A stretch of DNA of 64,000 bases from an uncultured Chloroflexia bacterium (GTDB lineage: Bacteria; Chloroflexota; Limnocylindria; Limnocylindrales; CSP1-4): positions 96,001 through 160,000 of the forward strand of contig CAVVNQ010000007.1 of assembly GCA_963749705.1 (NCBI GenBank). The letters are read 5' to 3'. The translations under genes were made by a program, and so were the position numbers. Below, one piece after another: positions 28,153 to 41,184 of the stretch (positions are counted from its first letter, which is position 1; each line of letters opens with the position of its first letter). A model generated the notes under the pieces. That model did no database searches. It was not told the DNA's origin and saw only the letters and a list, made by a program, of their open reading frames with translations.

Positions 28153-28527
28153 TCAGCCGAAGAAGTCGGTGATCGCCTTCGTGTCGTCGGAGAACGCCCA
28201 GCGCTCGGTGACCTTGCCGTCACGGACGTGGTAGATCTCCGCCGTGCGATAGGTCAGCGAGCGGTCGCCGTGGGTCACGTGCGCCGTGCCCAGCGCGATC
28301 GCGTGATCGTCGTTGGCGACGACGTCGTGGATCTCGTAGTCGATGGTGTAGCCCTCGAAGTCGGCCATCGACCCGGCCAGCTCCCCCTTGCCGCGCCGTG
28401 GCTGCGCACGCCCGATCTCGTGCCACACGACGTCATCGGCGACCCGGCTGGCCGCCCCGTCCATGTCCCCGCTGCTCATCGCCTCGTTCATCTCGCGAAC
28501 GACCTTGGCGTTCGGGTGCTCGGCCAT
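28153..28527 (-). CDS. SnoaL/NTF2-like protein
   Basis: HPNAKVVR...ADDVVWH...IHDVVANDDH...YHVRDGKVTE. Confidence 0.88.
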   Translation of the reverse strand: MAEHPNAKVVREMNEAMSSGDMDGAASRVADDVVWHEIGRAQPRRGKGELAGSMADFEGYTIDYEIHDVVANDDHAIALGTAHVTHGDRSLTYRTAEIYHVRDGKVTERWAFSDDTKAITDFFG

Positions 28528-28638
28528 GCTCGCCCTCCATCGTGCCGGCGCGCGGGCGACGGATGCGCGACTGGACGCCGCCGGCTCGTGTGCTACCCGA
28601 AATGTACCCGTCCTGGCTACCCCCCCGTAGCCGTCAGG

Positions 28639-29067
28639 TCAGCCGTACTGGCTGAGCTCCACGAGATGGCCGTCCGGGTCGCGCGTGAAGCACCGGGTCT
28701 CGAGGCCGTTGACCACGGGCGGGGTGAGGAACGTGGCCCCGCGCGCCAGAAGCACCTCGTACACGGCCCGGCAGTCCCCGACGCGGATCGTCATCGCGTG
28801 GCTGACGGTGGTCGGGTCCGGCGGCGGCGCGAAGGTCACGTCCGGCTTGTCGGGCGTCGGGCCACCGCCGGTCACCAGCAGCAGCCAGCTGCCGCCGAGC
28901 TGGAGCACCGCCGACGTGCCGCCGTACTCGCGGTACAGCGAGGCGCCCAGCACCGACACCCACCAGGTGCGGGCACGCTCGAGGTCGCTGACGACCAGGA
29001 TGTGCGTCATCTCGATGCCCGCTTCCGGGAACCCCGGGGTCGTGGGCGGTTCGGTCGCGTTCATCAC
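28639..29067 (-). CDS. VOC/glyoxalase family protein
   Basis: THILVVSDLERARTWW...RCFTRDPDGHLVEL. Confidence 0.9.
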   Translation of the reverse strand: MMNATEPPTTPGFPEAGIEMTHILVVSDLERARTWWVSVLGASLYREYGGTSAVLQLGGSWLLLVTGGGPTPDKPDVTFAPPPDPTTVSHAMTIRVGDCRAVYEVLLARGATFLTPPVVNGLETRCFTRDPDGHLVELSQYG

Positions 29068-29109
29068 GTCCTCCCTGGCGTCGGGCGCCGGTTCGTCCTG
29101 CGTCCCGGC

Positions 29110-30063
29110 TCATTCCACCAGGTAGCGAGAGACCTGGTTGATGAGCGGCTCCCCAGTGGCGAACCGGCGAACCTGGTCGCCCGCGAGCTCGAACGTGCGG
29201 ACCGTCGCCTGCGGTGAGTCACCCGCGATGTGCGGGCTGACCAGCACGTTGGGCAGCGCCCACAGTGGATGGCCCCCGGGCAGTGGCTCGGGCTCCGTGA
29301 CATCGAGGGCCGCACGCAGCCGGCCCGTCTCCAGCTCCCGCACCAACGCGCCGGTGTCCACCGTGCGCCCCCGGCCGCCGTTGACGACCATCGCGCCATC
29401 GGGCAGCAGCGCCAGCCGGCGGGCGTCGAGCAGGCCGTCGGTCTCGCTCGTGAGCGGCAGCATGTTGACCAGGATCCCGGCGCCGGGAAGGACGCCATCG
29501 AGATCCGCCATGCCGAGGACCCCGTCCCGCGCGGTTCGCGCGACGCCGATGATCTCCACGCCGAACGGGCGCAGGCGGTCGGCGATCGCGGACCCGATCG
29601 AGCCCATGCCGAGGATGACCACCGTGGTTCCGGCCAGCTCGTCCGGCTCGTACGAGGTCCACTCGCCGCGCCCCTGTGCGTCGCGCGCTCGGACGAGCCC
29701 GCGCTGCATGGCGAGGATCGCGCCCAGCGCCCACTCCGCGAGCGGCACGTCGTACACGCCGCGCGCGTTGCAGACCATCACGTCCGCGGGGACGTGGCCC
29801 CGAAGCCAGTTGACGCCCGCGCTCAGGGTCTGGATGACGCGCAGTCGACCCTGCGGGTGGTCGAGCACGGCGAGCAGCGTCTCGCGGATGCGGTGGTAGG
29901 GGATGACCAGATCCACGCCGCTGAGATCCGGGATCGGCCCCGGCTCCTGCGGAACGAGGACCACATCCACGTTGTCCGGGAGGTCGCCCATGTGAGCTCG
30001 CTCGGGGACATCGGGCAGACAGACGGTGACGCGCTCGCTGTGGCTGGCGGGTTGGTCAGGCAT
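29110..30063 (-). CDS. D-2-hydroxyacid dehydrogenase
   Basis: ILGMGSIG, VNGGRG, ALDVTEPEPLP, SPHIAG. Confidence 0.93.
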   Translation of the reverse strand: MPDQPASHSERVTVCLPDVPERAHMGDLPDNVDVVLVPQEPGPIPDLSGVDLVIPYHRIRETLLAVLDHPQGRLRVIQTLSAGVNWLRGHVPADVMVCNARGVYDVPLAEWALGAILAMQRGLVRARDAQGRGEWTSYEPDELAGTTVVILGMGSIGSAIADRLRPFGVEIIGVARTARDGVLGMADLDGVLPGAGILVNMLPLTSETDGLLDARRLALLPDGAMVVNGGRGRTVDTGALVRELETGRLRAALDVTEPEPLPGGHPLWALPNVLVSPHIAGDSPQATVRTFELAGDQVRRFATGEPLINQVSRYLVE

Positions 30064-30126
30064 GTGCCCATGTTGCGCGATCCGGCGCCTGGGCGTCGCT
30101 TGGCACCGGCGGCGCGACGTGGTGGC

Positions 30127-31533
30127 TCAGGGCTTGGACACCGAGAGCCAGGGCTGCACCTCGTTTGCCCCCGGCTCGTACACCCAATCGGCCTTCACCA
30201 GGTCGCCGACCGTGAAGGTCACGCTCGATACCTTCTTGCCCAATGACGAGCTGGTGACCGAGCAGGTGCCGTCGCCCGTGGTCGTGCACGAGGTCTCGCC
30301 CGACCCCGATGACCAGCTGCCGGTGACGAGCACGCCGTCGAGCGGGCCGTCCGCATCGACCACCTGGATCGTCACGGTCGCGGTCCAGTTCCGGCGCACT
30401 GCGTTCGCCGTCTCGGTCATGGCCCGGATCCACATCGGCGTGGGTTCGATGGCCGAGACGGTCGCGGTGGCCGAGTCGGCAGCCGCGTCGTTGTCGGTGA
30501 CCGTGAGCGTGACATCGAACGTGCCGGTCGAGACGTACGTGTGCGATGGGTTGGTCGCCGTGGAGACCGACCCATCCCCGAAGTCCCAGACGTGGGTTGT
30601 GATCGTGCCGTCGGTGTCAGTGGACGTGTCGGTGAACGCGCATGTCAGCCCGGAACAGCTGCTCGTGAACGAGGCGTTCGGGGGCTGGTTTGCGGGCGGG
30701 GTTGCGGTCCACGTGTAGCCCGCGGCCCAGGTGACCGCTGCGAGCTTCGCCTGGCCCGCGATCGATGGGTGGAAGTAGTCGCCCGAGACGTCGCTCTTGG
30801 CGAACTGCACGTTGAACAGCGCGTTGCCGTCGAACCGGCACCTGGTGAAGGTCGCGCACACCTCGGCCAGCTGCTGGTTGAAGTCGATGTTGCGCTGGCG
30901 GACGTCGGCGCGGCGCTGGACGTCGGCGGCCTGGGTCGAGGTCGGGTTGGCCAGCAGCGACTGGCAGATGTCGCCGACGGACCACACCACGCGCGCCCAC
31001 CAGCCGTTGTGGAACAGGTTCCACAGCTGGTACACGTCGGGGATGCTGGCCACGTACACGTACGTCGAGGGCGAGCCGGTCGTGATCGTCTCCATCGCCG
31101 TCTGGAACTGTGCCCGGAAGTCGGCCACCGAGGTCATCTGCGCCACCGTGTCCGTGCACAGGTCGTTGCCCCCGATGAGCACGGTCAGGTAGTCCGGATG
31201 GAGGGCGACGACGCCGGTCATCTGGGCGTCGAGCCCGACGACCCTGGCGCCGCTCACGGAGCGGTTGTTGTTCTGGCCGGCGATCGGCGCGCCGAGCGCG
31301 AGCAGGCGCAGGTAGTGGCTGTCGACCGTCGTGTTCGTCCCGGTCGACCACGAGTTCTCGGGCGCGTCCGCGCCGAGCGATCCATTCGAGCTGGCCGCCT
31401 GCGTGATCGAGTCGCCGACGGCGGCCATGACCGCCGGCAGCGGCAGCGCAGTGTCCGCAGCCGACGCGGGCGGCACGAGACCACCCAGCAGCAGGACCAG
31501 GGGGATGGCCAGGGTTGCGAGCCGGCGTGTCAT
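30127..31533 (-). CDS. Secreted SGNH/GDSL hydrolase with PKD domain
   Basis: Signal peptide; AVGDSIT, IGGNDLC, DYFHPSIAG; PKD motif WDFGDG...NPSHTY. Confidence 0.9.
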   Translation of the reverse strand: MTRRLATLAIPLVLLLGGLVPPASAADTALPLPAVMAAVGDSITQAASSNGSLGADAPENSWSTGTNTTVDSHYLRLLALGAPIAGQNNNRSVSGARVVGLDAQMTGVVALHPDYLTVLIGGNDLCTDTVAQMTSVADFRAQFQTAMETITTGSPSTYVYVASIPDVYQLWNLFHNGWWARVVWSVGDICQSLLANPTSTQAADVQRRADVRQRNIDFNQQLAEVCATFTRCRFDGNALFNVQFAKSDVSGDYFHPSIAGQAKLAAVTWAAGYTWTATPPANQPPNASFTSSCSGLTCAFTDTSTDTDGTITTHVWDFGDGSVSTATNPSHTYVSTGTFDVTLTVTDNDAAADSATATVSAIEPTPMWIRAMTETANAVRRNWTATVTIQVVDADGPLDGVLVTGSWSSGSGETSCTTTGDGTCSVTSSSLGKKVSSVTFTVGDLVKADWVYEPGANEVQPWLSVSKP

Positions 31534-31724
31534 GACTGCCCTCCACCGCACCGCGACGCGACACCCGCGGCCAGGCCGGCAGCATACGTCTCGACCGGGC
31601 GCGGGTGAAGGTCGGTCGCGGAGGGTGGTCATCGCCCGCGGTCGCGGGCTGTGGACATCGCCGCGGAACTCCCGTGCGGCGTCGCCGACCACCGCAGCGT
31701 GATCTCCCGCAGTAGCATCAACCC

Positions 31725-33114
31725 ATGGGGCCGACGCTACCGGCGCGACCGCCGTTCACGATCCGGGCTCGCGTGCTCACGCCGCTTGCGGCGGGTGGCA
31801 CCCGCTATGAGCGTGACGGCCGGCTCGAGGTCGATGCGCGGGGGCTCATCACGGACGTAGGTCCGTGGCGGGACGAGCCCGGCGCGCCCGGCGGTGAGGT
31901 CGGCGGCGATGGCAGCGCCGGCGAGCGTCCGGCCGCCGCCGCCGCCCCAACGGTCGACCTGCGGCCATTCGTCCTGCTACCGGGCATGGTCGACCTCCAC
32001 GTGCACCTGCCGCAGCTGCCCGCCGCCGGCGTGGGCGCCGGCCTGCACCTGCTCGACTGGCTCGAGCGATACATCTTCCCGCTCGAGCGCGCCTTCGACG
32101 AGCCGGCCGCCGAACGCCTCGCCCCGGCCGCGTTCCGCGCGTTCGCCGCGGCGGGCACCACCACCGCCGTGATCTACGGAGCGGTCTACGAGCCCTCGCT
32201 CGACGCCACGTTCCGCGCCGCCGAGGCACACGGGATCCGGGCGGTGATCGGCAAGGTGATGATGGATCGCGGCAGCTATGACGACCGGCTGCCGCCCGAG
32301 CAGGTGCTCGAGACGAGCCTCCGCCAGTCCTCCGACCTGTGCAGCCGCTGGCACGGCCGCGACGGCGGCCGGCTGCGCTACGCGTTCACCCCGCGGTTTG
32401 CCGTGTCATGCACCGCGGACATGCTGCGCGAGTCGGCGGCGCTGGCCCGCTCGACCGGCGCCTACTGGCAGACGCACCTGTCCGAGGACCGGCACGAGCT
32501 GCGCGAGGTGGCGCGGCTGCACCCGGACGCGATCGACTACCTCGACGTGTACGACCGGGCGGGCGCCCTGGGCAACCGGACGATCATGGCGCACGCGATC
32601 CACCTGTCGGACCGCGAGGTGGCGCGACTGGTCGAGACCGACACCGCGGTCGCGCACTGCCCGGCATCGAACCTGTTCCTCGCCTCCGGCGCGATGCGCC
32701 TGGACCGGTACCGGTCCGCGGGGATCCGGGTGGGCCTTGGATCCGACGTGTCGGGCGGGCCGGAGCTCTCGCTGTTCGCCAACATGCGCGCCGGGGCGTA
32801 CACGCAGAGCGGGCTGGGCGTGCTCGACGAGGGGCGGGGCCAGGCGCCGCTCGGCCCGCTCGACTGGCTCCGGATGGGAACGCTGGAGGGTGCGCAGAGC
32901 CCTGGGGCTCGATGGGGAGATCGGCTCGCTCGAGCCGGGCAAGGAGGCCGACCTGATCGCCATCGATCCGCGGCTCGTGGCCCCCATCGAGGGCATCGAC
33001 TCGGATGAGCCCGACGAGATCATGTCGCGCCTTGCCTTCCGGCCGCATCCGGCGATGGTCCGCGCGGCCTGGGTCCGCGGCCGGCTGCTGGACGGGCCGC
33101 CGGGGCCGGCGTGA
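31725..33114 (+). CDS. guaD: Guanine deaminase (one frameshift near 32895)
   Basis: PGMVDLHVHLPQ, WLERYIFPLE, TPRFAVSC, QTHLSE, AHAIHL, HCPASNLFL, LGSDV. The C-terminus ALGLDGEIGSLEPGKEAD lies in the +1 frame. Confidence 0.88.
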
Positions 33115-33153
33115 CGGACCGGCGCGCCGCCGGGCGCCCACCGGGCGCCTCGC

Positions 33154-34752
33154 ATGACGCGCGACGTCGACCTGCTGCTGACGGGCGGCACGGTCGTCGA
33201 CGGGACAGGTGCGCCCGGGTACCCGGCGAGCGTCGCGGTCGCAGGCGACCGGATCGTCCTGCCGGCGCCGGGCGAGACCATCCGCGCCGCCCGCACGGTT
33301 GACGCCACGGGGCTCGTGATCGCGCCCGGGTTCATCGACCTCCACAGCCACGGCGGCCTCGTGATGCTCGCCGAGCCGCGCCACGAGCCCAAGGTCCGCC
33401 AGGGCGTCACCACCGAGGTGATCGGGGTGGACGGCAACTCGTACGCCCCGTTCCCGGACCCGGGCGACCTGCGCGACTTCGTGGTCCTCAACGGCGGGCT
33501 CGACGGCCGACCCGAGCTCGACTACGACTGGGCGACCGTGGCCGAGCATCTTGCCCGGTACGACCGCCGGGTCGCCGTGAACATCGCCTGCGTCGTGGGC
33601 AACTCCCCGCTCCGGATCGCGGCGCTGGGCTGGGACGACGTGGAGGCCGGCGCGGCCGCGATCGCCGACCAGCGGGCACGACTCCGCGAGGCGATGGAGG
33701 ATGGCGCCTTCGGGCTGTCGACGGGGCTCGACTATCCGCCCGGCTCGTACGCGACGACGGCCGAGCTGGCGGCGATCGCCACCGAGGCTGCGGGCCTCGG
33801 TGGGATCTACCACACGCACGTCCGCTACCCGCTCGGGGACGGGTTCCTGGACCCGTTCCGCGAGGCGATCGAGATCGGACGGCGGAGCGGCGCGCCCGTC
33901 CACATCACCCATTTCTACCACCGGGCAACCTTCCCGGGACCGCCCGAGCAGATGCTCGCGCTGGTCGACGATGCCCGCGCCGAGGGCCTCGACGTGAGCT
34001 TCGACCTGTACCCCTCGGAATGGGCGAGCACGCGACTGCTGATCATGCTCCCGACGTGGATCCAGGCCGGCGGGATCGGGCCGCTTCGCGAGCGGCTCGC
34101 CGACCGCGCGATGCGCGCCCGGATCCGCGACGAGCTGCGGGCACGAGGCCGGCTGTTCGCCGGCGACCGAACCTGGGACGAGCTGCGGATCGGCGCGCTC
34201 ACCCGCCCCGAGCACCTCGAATGGGAGGGGCGGATGCTGGGCGACCTGATGCGGGCGACCGGGCGCGATGCCGTGGACGCGATCTGCGACCTGCTGCTCG
34301 CGGAGGACCTGCGCGTCAACCAGGTGACGCCCGGGCCGCACCGCGACGGGATCCGCACGTTCCTCCAGCATCGCGGGGCGATGATCGGGACCGACGGGGT
34401 GCTGATCGGCGACAAGCCCGCGCCCCGGACGTACGGCTCCTACCCGCGGATCCTGGGCGAGCTCGTCCGCGAGGAGCGCTGGCTGGGACTCGAGGCGGCC
34501 GTCCACCGGATGACGGGCGCGCCGGCGGCGCGGCTCGGGCTCGCGGACCGGGGTCGGATCGCCGACGGCCTTGCTGCGGACATCGTCGCGTTCGATCCGG
34601 CCACGATCGCGTCCCGGGCGACCTACGACGATCCGCGCCGCTTCCCGGTGGGGATCCCGCTGGTGCTCGTCAACGGGGTGCCGGTGATCGACGGCGGCGA
34701 GCACACGGGCGCGACGCCGGGACGCTCGTTGCGTCGCGGAAACCACGCGTGA
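33154..34752 (+). CDS. N-acyl-D-amino-acid deacylase-family amidohydrolase
   Basis: APGFIDLHSH, QGVTTEVIG, STGLDYPPG, HTHVR, HITH, GTDG, PRTYGSYPRILG. Confidence 0.88.
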   Translation: MTRDVDLLLTGGTVVDGTGAPGYPASVAVAGDRIVLPAPGETIRAARTVDATGLVIAPGFIDLHSHGGLVMLAEPRHEPKVRQGVTTEVIGVDGNSYAPFPDPGDLRDFVVLNGGLDGRPELDYDWATVAEHLARYDRRVAVNIACVVGNSPLRIAALGWDDVEAGAAAIADQRARLREAMEDGAFGLSTGLDYPPGSYATTAELAAIATEAAGLGGIYHTHVRYPLGDGFLDPFREAIEIGRRSGAPVHITHFYHRATFPGPPEQMLALVDDARAEGLDVSFDLYPSEWASTRLLIMLPTWIQAGGIGPLRERLADRAMRARIRDELRARGRLFAGDRTWDELRIGALTRPEHLEWEGRMLGDLMRATGRDAVDAICDLLLAEDLRVNQVTPGPHRDGIRTFLQHRGAMIGTDGVLIGDKPAPRTYGSYPRILGELVREERWLGLEAAVHRMTGAPAARLGLADRGRIADGLAADIVAFDPATIASRATYDDPRRFPVGIPLVLVNGVPVIDGGEHTGATPGRSLRRGNHA

Positions 34753-34842
34753 GGTCCGGCCGATGGCCATGACCGGCTCGCTGCTTGACACGCACCGGTG
34801 CACCGTTCCACCCTTCCGGGAACCCCACGGAGGCAGTCCAGG

Positions 34843-37220
<2,378 letters not shown>

Positions 37221-37224
<4 letters not shown>

Positions 37225-37721
37225 GCTGGCAGCTGGTCGTCAACGGCAACCCCGTCTCGGTCGACGCGCCGGGCATGCGCCGGCTGCTGGACGTCCTGCG
37301 CGAGGATCTCGGGCTGACCGGCACCAAGGAGGGTTGCGGCGAGGGCGAGTGCGGCGCCTGCACCGTGCTCATCGACGGCGACGCGGTCCTCAGCTGCCTC
37401 ATCCCGATGTGCCAGGTCGACGGCACCGACGTGCGCACGGTGGAGGGCCTCGCCCCCGCGCCCGGCCGGCTGGGCGTGCTCCAGGCGGCATTCCTGGAGG
37501 CGGGCGGCGCCCAGTGCGGGATCTGCACGCCGGGCATGCTGATGGCCGCCGAGGCATTCCTGGCGTCGGGTGCCGAACCGACCGACCACGCGATCCGCGA
37601 GGCGATCGCGGGCAACCTGTGCCGGTGCACCGGCTATACCAAGATCATCGACTCGATCCGGCTGGCCGCCGAACGGACGGGTGCGGGCGCGGGTTCGGTC
37701 GGCACCGAGGGAGCGGCCTGA
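37221..37721 (+). CDS. Xanthine dehydrogenase 2Fe-2S subunit (PucE-like)
   Basis: GTKEGCGEGECGAC, QCGICTPG, GNLCRCTGY; ATGA overlap with the upstream gene. Confidence 0.94.
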
Positions 37722-38602
37722 TGCCCGTCGAGCCCCCGGTCGTCTCGCCGCGGACGCTCTCCGAGGCCTACGCGCGGCTGGCCGAGCAGCCGTACCGCCC
37801 GCTCGCCGGGGGCACGGACCTGCTGGTGCAGCTGACCGGCGAGCTCGGTCCGGTCCCGGATCGGGTGCTCAACCTGTGGGGGCTCGACGAGCTCCGCGGG
37901 ATCGAGGTCCGGGGGGACGTGCTCGAGCTCGGGGCGCTCACCACCTACACCGGGATCCAGGGCTCCGCGGCCTGTCGGGCGCACGTCCCGTCGCTGGTGG
38001 ACGCCGCCGCGACGATCGGGGCGGTGCAGATCCAGCACCGGGGCACCATCGGCGGCAACGTGATGAACGCCTCCCCGGCGGGCGACACGCTGCCCGTGCT
38101 GCTCGCCCTCGACGCGGTGCTCGTGCTGGGCAGCGCGGCCGGAGAGCGCGAGGTTCCCGCGACCGACTTCTGGCCCGCGTACCGGCGCACTGCCGCGCGC
38201 CCCGACGAGCTGCTGGTGCGCGTCCGGATCCCGATCGTCGAGGACCGCGAGCAGCGGTTCCGGAAGGTCGGCACGCGACGCGCCCAGGCGATCTCCAAGG
38301 TCGTGGTCGCCGCGGCGTGGCGTGGCCAGGCCGAATGGCAGGACGTGCGGATCGCCCTCGGCTCGGTGGCGCCGACCCCGATCCGGGTGGCCGCGGCAGA
38401 GGCCGCGCTCGAGGGCCGCCCGCGCGACGTCGCATCGATCGAGGCGGCGGTCGCGGCGCTGGGATCGGCGATCAACCCGATCGACGACGTCAGGTCGACC
38501 GCCGCCTATCGGCGCGAGGCGGCGCGGCGGGTCGTGCGGCGGCTGCTCGCCGATGCCGCCGGGCTCGACGGCGACGCGACGATCCACGGAGGTGCAGCGT
38601 GA
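37721..38602 (+). CDS. Xanthine dehydrogenase FAD-binding subunit (PucC-like)
   Basis: LAGGTDL, IGAVQIQHRGTIGGN..NASPAGD, PIDDVRSTAAYR; TGATG overlap. Confidence 0.93.
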   Translation: MPVEPPVVSPRTLSEAYARLAEQPYRPLAGGTDLLVQLTGELGPVPDRVLNLWGLDELRGIEVRGDVLELGALTTYTGIQGSAACRAHVPSLVDAAATIGAVQIQHRGTIGGNVMNASPAGDTLPVLLALDAVLVLGSAAGEREVPATDFWPAYRRTAARPDELLVRVRIPIVEDREQRFRKVGTRRAQAISKVVVAAAWRGQAEWQDVRIALGSVAPTPIRVAAAEAALEGRPRDVASIEAAVAALGSAINPIDDVRSTAAYRREAARRVVRRLLADAAGLDGDATIHGGAA

Positions 38603-39453
38603 CCGAGCTCGGCCCGAACCGGTACGGCAAGCAGTCGATCCGGCTGGTGCGCGTGATCCACGGACCCGTCGACCGCGTCCGCGACCTGACCGTGGACGTG
38701 TCGCTCGAGGGCACGTTCGACGCGGCCTTCCGCGACGGGGACAACGCGTCGGTCGTGGCCACGGACACCATGAAGAACACGGTGTACGCGCTCGCGACCG
38801 AGCACCTCACCGGCGCCATCGAGCCGTTCGCGATCGACCTCGCCCGCCACTTCGTCGCATCCGACGCCGTGTCCGCGGCAACCGTGACCATCCGCGAGCA
38901 TGCCTGGCAGCCGATCGAGGCCGGTGGTGCCCCGGCTCCCGATGCGTTCCGGCGCACGGGTGGCGCGATCCGGACCGCCGTCGCCGTCGCCTCCTCGGCC
39001 GGTGCCGCCCCGATCACGGTCGACGGCGGCATCGAGGACCTGGTCGTCATGAAGACGCGGCGTTCCGCGTTCTCGGGCTTCGCACGCGACCGCTATACGA
39101 CGCTGCGCGAGGTGCGCGACAGGATCATGGCCACCCGCGTCAGCGCAACCTGGCGCCACGCGGGCACGTCCGCGGACTGGGACGCGCGTCACGAGGGGCT
39201 GGTTCGCACGCTGCTGGCGACGTTCACCGACCACGACAGCGAGTCGGTCCAGCACTCGATCTGGGTGATCGCGAACGCCATGCTGGCCGCCGAGCCCGGC
39301 ATCACCGAGGTCACGATGCGGCTGCCGAACCTCCATCACTGGCTGGTCGACCTGGCGCCGTTCGGGGGCACCAACGAGGGCGAGATCTTCGTGGCCACGA
39401 GCGAGCCCTACGGCATGATCGAGGCGACCGTCCGCCGGTCGGGCGGCGCGTGA
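38599..39453 (+). CDS. pucL: Cofactor-independent urate oxidase (uricase)
   Basis: NRYGK, VVATDTMKNTVY, SAFSGF.RDRYTTL, SESVQH, LPNLHH, PYGMIEA. Confidence 0.94.
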   Translation: MTELGPNRYGKQSIRLVRVIHGPVDRVRDLTVDVSLEGTFDAAFRDGDNASVVATDTMKNTVYALATEHLTGAIEPFAIDLARHFVASDAVSAATVTIREHAWQPIEAGGAPAPDAFRRTGGAIRTAVAVASSAGAAPITVDGGIEDLVVMKTRRSAFSGFARDRYTTLREVRDRIMATRVSATWRHAGTSADWDARHEGLVRTLLATFTDHDSESVQHSIWVIANAMLAAEPGITEVTMRLPNLHHWLVDLAPFGGTNEGEIFVATSEPYGMIEATVRRSGGA

Positions 39454-39504
39454 CCGGCCGGGGGATGCGGCGCGTGATCCTTCCGGGACGCTGCGCATGA
39501 CCGG

Positions 39505-41112
39505 TTGGGGACCCGGCGCGTGACCCGCCTCGCGCCGGGGGTCGAGGTCGCCGGTCCCGACGTCGACGGTGTCGAGGAGATCCTGACGGCGGAGGCGGCG
39601 ACCTTCCTGGGTGACCTCGAGCGCCGGTTCCGCGACGAGCGCGCCGCCCTGCTTCGACGGCGGGCGGAGCGCCACGCGCGCATCGATGCCGGCGAGCGGC
39701 CCGGCTTCCTCGACGCGACCGCGGACATCCGGGCAGCAACGTGGCGCGTGGCGCCGACGCCCGCGGACCTCGACGACCGACGGGTGGAGATCACGGGACC
39801 GGCCGAGCCGAAGATGATGATCAATGCCCTCAACTCGGGCGCGTCGGTGTTCATGGCCGACTTCGAGGATGCGCTGAGCCCGGGCTGGGCCAACATCGTC
39901 GCCGGCCAGGTCGCGATCCGGGATGCCGTCCGGCGGACCCTCGCCCTCGACACGGCCGAGAAGTCGTACCGACTCAACGAGCGCACGGCCACGCTGCTCG
40001 TCCGGCCGCGCGGCTGGCACCTCGAGGAGCGGCACCTGCTGGTCGACGGCCGCCCGATGTCCGCGAGCCTGTTCGACGCGGGCCTGTTCCTGTTCCACGA
40101 CGCCGCCGAGGCCCTCGCCCGCGGGACGGGTCCGTACCTGTACCTGCCCAAGCTCGAGTCGCACCTCGAGGCGCGGCTGTGGAACGACGTGTTCGTCCAC
40201 GCGCAGGCCGCGGCGGGCGTGCCGCGCGGATCGGTCCGGGCGACCGTGCTGATCGAGACCATCCTCGCCGCGTTCGAGATGGACGAGATCCTGTACGAGC
40301 TGCGCGACCACGCCGCGGGCCTCAACGCGGGTCGCTGGGACTACATCTTCAGCGTGATCAAGCGGTTCCGCGACGACCCGGCGTTCGTGCTCCCGGATCG
40401 CGGCCAGGTGACGATGGCCGTCCCGTTCATGCGCGCCTACACGCGGCTGCTGGTCGCGACCTGCCATCGTCGAGGCGCGCACGCGATCGGCGGCATGTCC
40501 GCGTTCATCCCCAACCGCCGCGAGCCGGAGGTGACGGCCAACGCGCTGGCCAAGGTCCGCGAGGACAAGGAGCGCGAGGCCGGCGACGGGTTCGACGGCA
40601 CCTGGGTCGCCCACCCGGACCTGGTGCCGGTGGCCCGTGAGGTGTTCGATCGGGTGCTGGGCGACCGGCCGAACCAGAAGACGGCGCCGGGCGACGCATC
40701 GATCGGGCAGGCGGCGCTGCTCGGGGTGACCGTGCCAGCCGGCCGGGTCACGGAGGCGGGTGTGCGGCAGAACATCAGCGTCGCCGTTCGATACCTCGCG
40801 GCCTGGCTGGGCGGCAACGGGGCGGCCGCGATCGACAACCTCATGGAGGACGCCGCGACGGCCGAGATCTCGCGGTCGCAGCTGTGGCAATGGCGGCACC
40901 ACGGGGTGGCGCTCGACGACGGGGCGCCGTTCACGGCCGATCGATACCGCGCCATCCGCGACGCCGAGCTGGAACGGATCACGGCCGCCGGGGCAGCGGG
41001 GGATGGGGGAGCCGACCGTGTGGCCGAGGCGACCGGGCTGCTCGACCGCCTGGTCCTGGACGATGCGTTCGCGGAGTTCCTGACCCTCGACGCGTACCGC
41101 CACCTCGACTGA
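39505..41112 (+). CDS. aceB: Malate synthase A
   Basis: [61 protein letters not shown]. Confidence 0.96.
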   Translation: MGTRRVTRLAPGVEVAGPDVDGVEEILTAEAATFLGDLERRFRDERAALLRRRAERHARIDAGERPGFLDATADIRAATWRVAPTPADLDDRRVEITGPAEPKMMINALNSGASVFMADFEDALSPGWANIVAGQVAIRDAVRRTLALDTAEKSYRLNERTATLLVRPRGWHLEERHLLVDGRPMSASLFDAGLFLFHDAAEALARGTGPYLYLPKLESHLEARLWNDVFVHAQAAAGVPRGSVRATVLIETILAAFEMDEILYELRDHAAGLNAGRWDYIFSVIKRFRDDPAFVLPDRGQVTMAVPFMRAYTRLLVATCHRRGAHAIGGMSAFIPNRREPEVTANALAKVREDKEREAGDGFDGTWVAHPDLVPVAREVFDRVLGDRPNQKTAPGDASIGQAALLGVTVPAGRVTEAGVRQNISVAVRYLAAWLGGNGAAAIDNLMEDAATAEISRSQLWQWRHHGVALDDGAPFTADRYRAIRDAELERITAAGAAGDGGADRVAEATGLLDRLVLDDAFAEFLTLDAYRHLD

Positions 41113-41184
41113 CGCACCGGACGGTCCGCCGACCGCCGTCGGCCCCGGCCCGGGATCGGGATCCGCCGTCCGCCCGAAGCCTGC

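Noticed and set aside
34781-34815. CTTGACA upstream of the xanthine dehydrogenase genes as a MarR/UrtR operator or purine riboswitch
   Set aside because: Only a half-site, explained equally well by a -35 hexamer; no second half-site or riboswitch consensus is recognisable.
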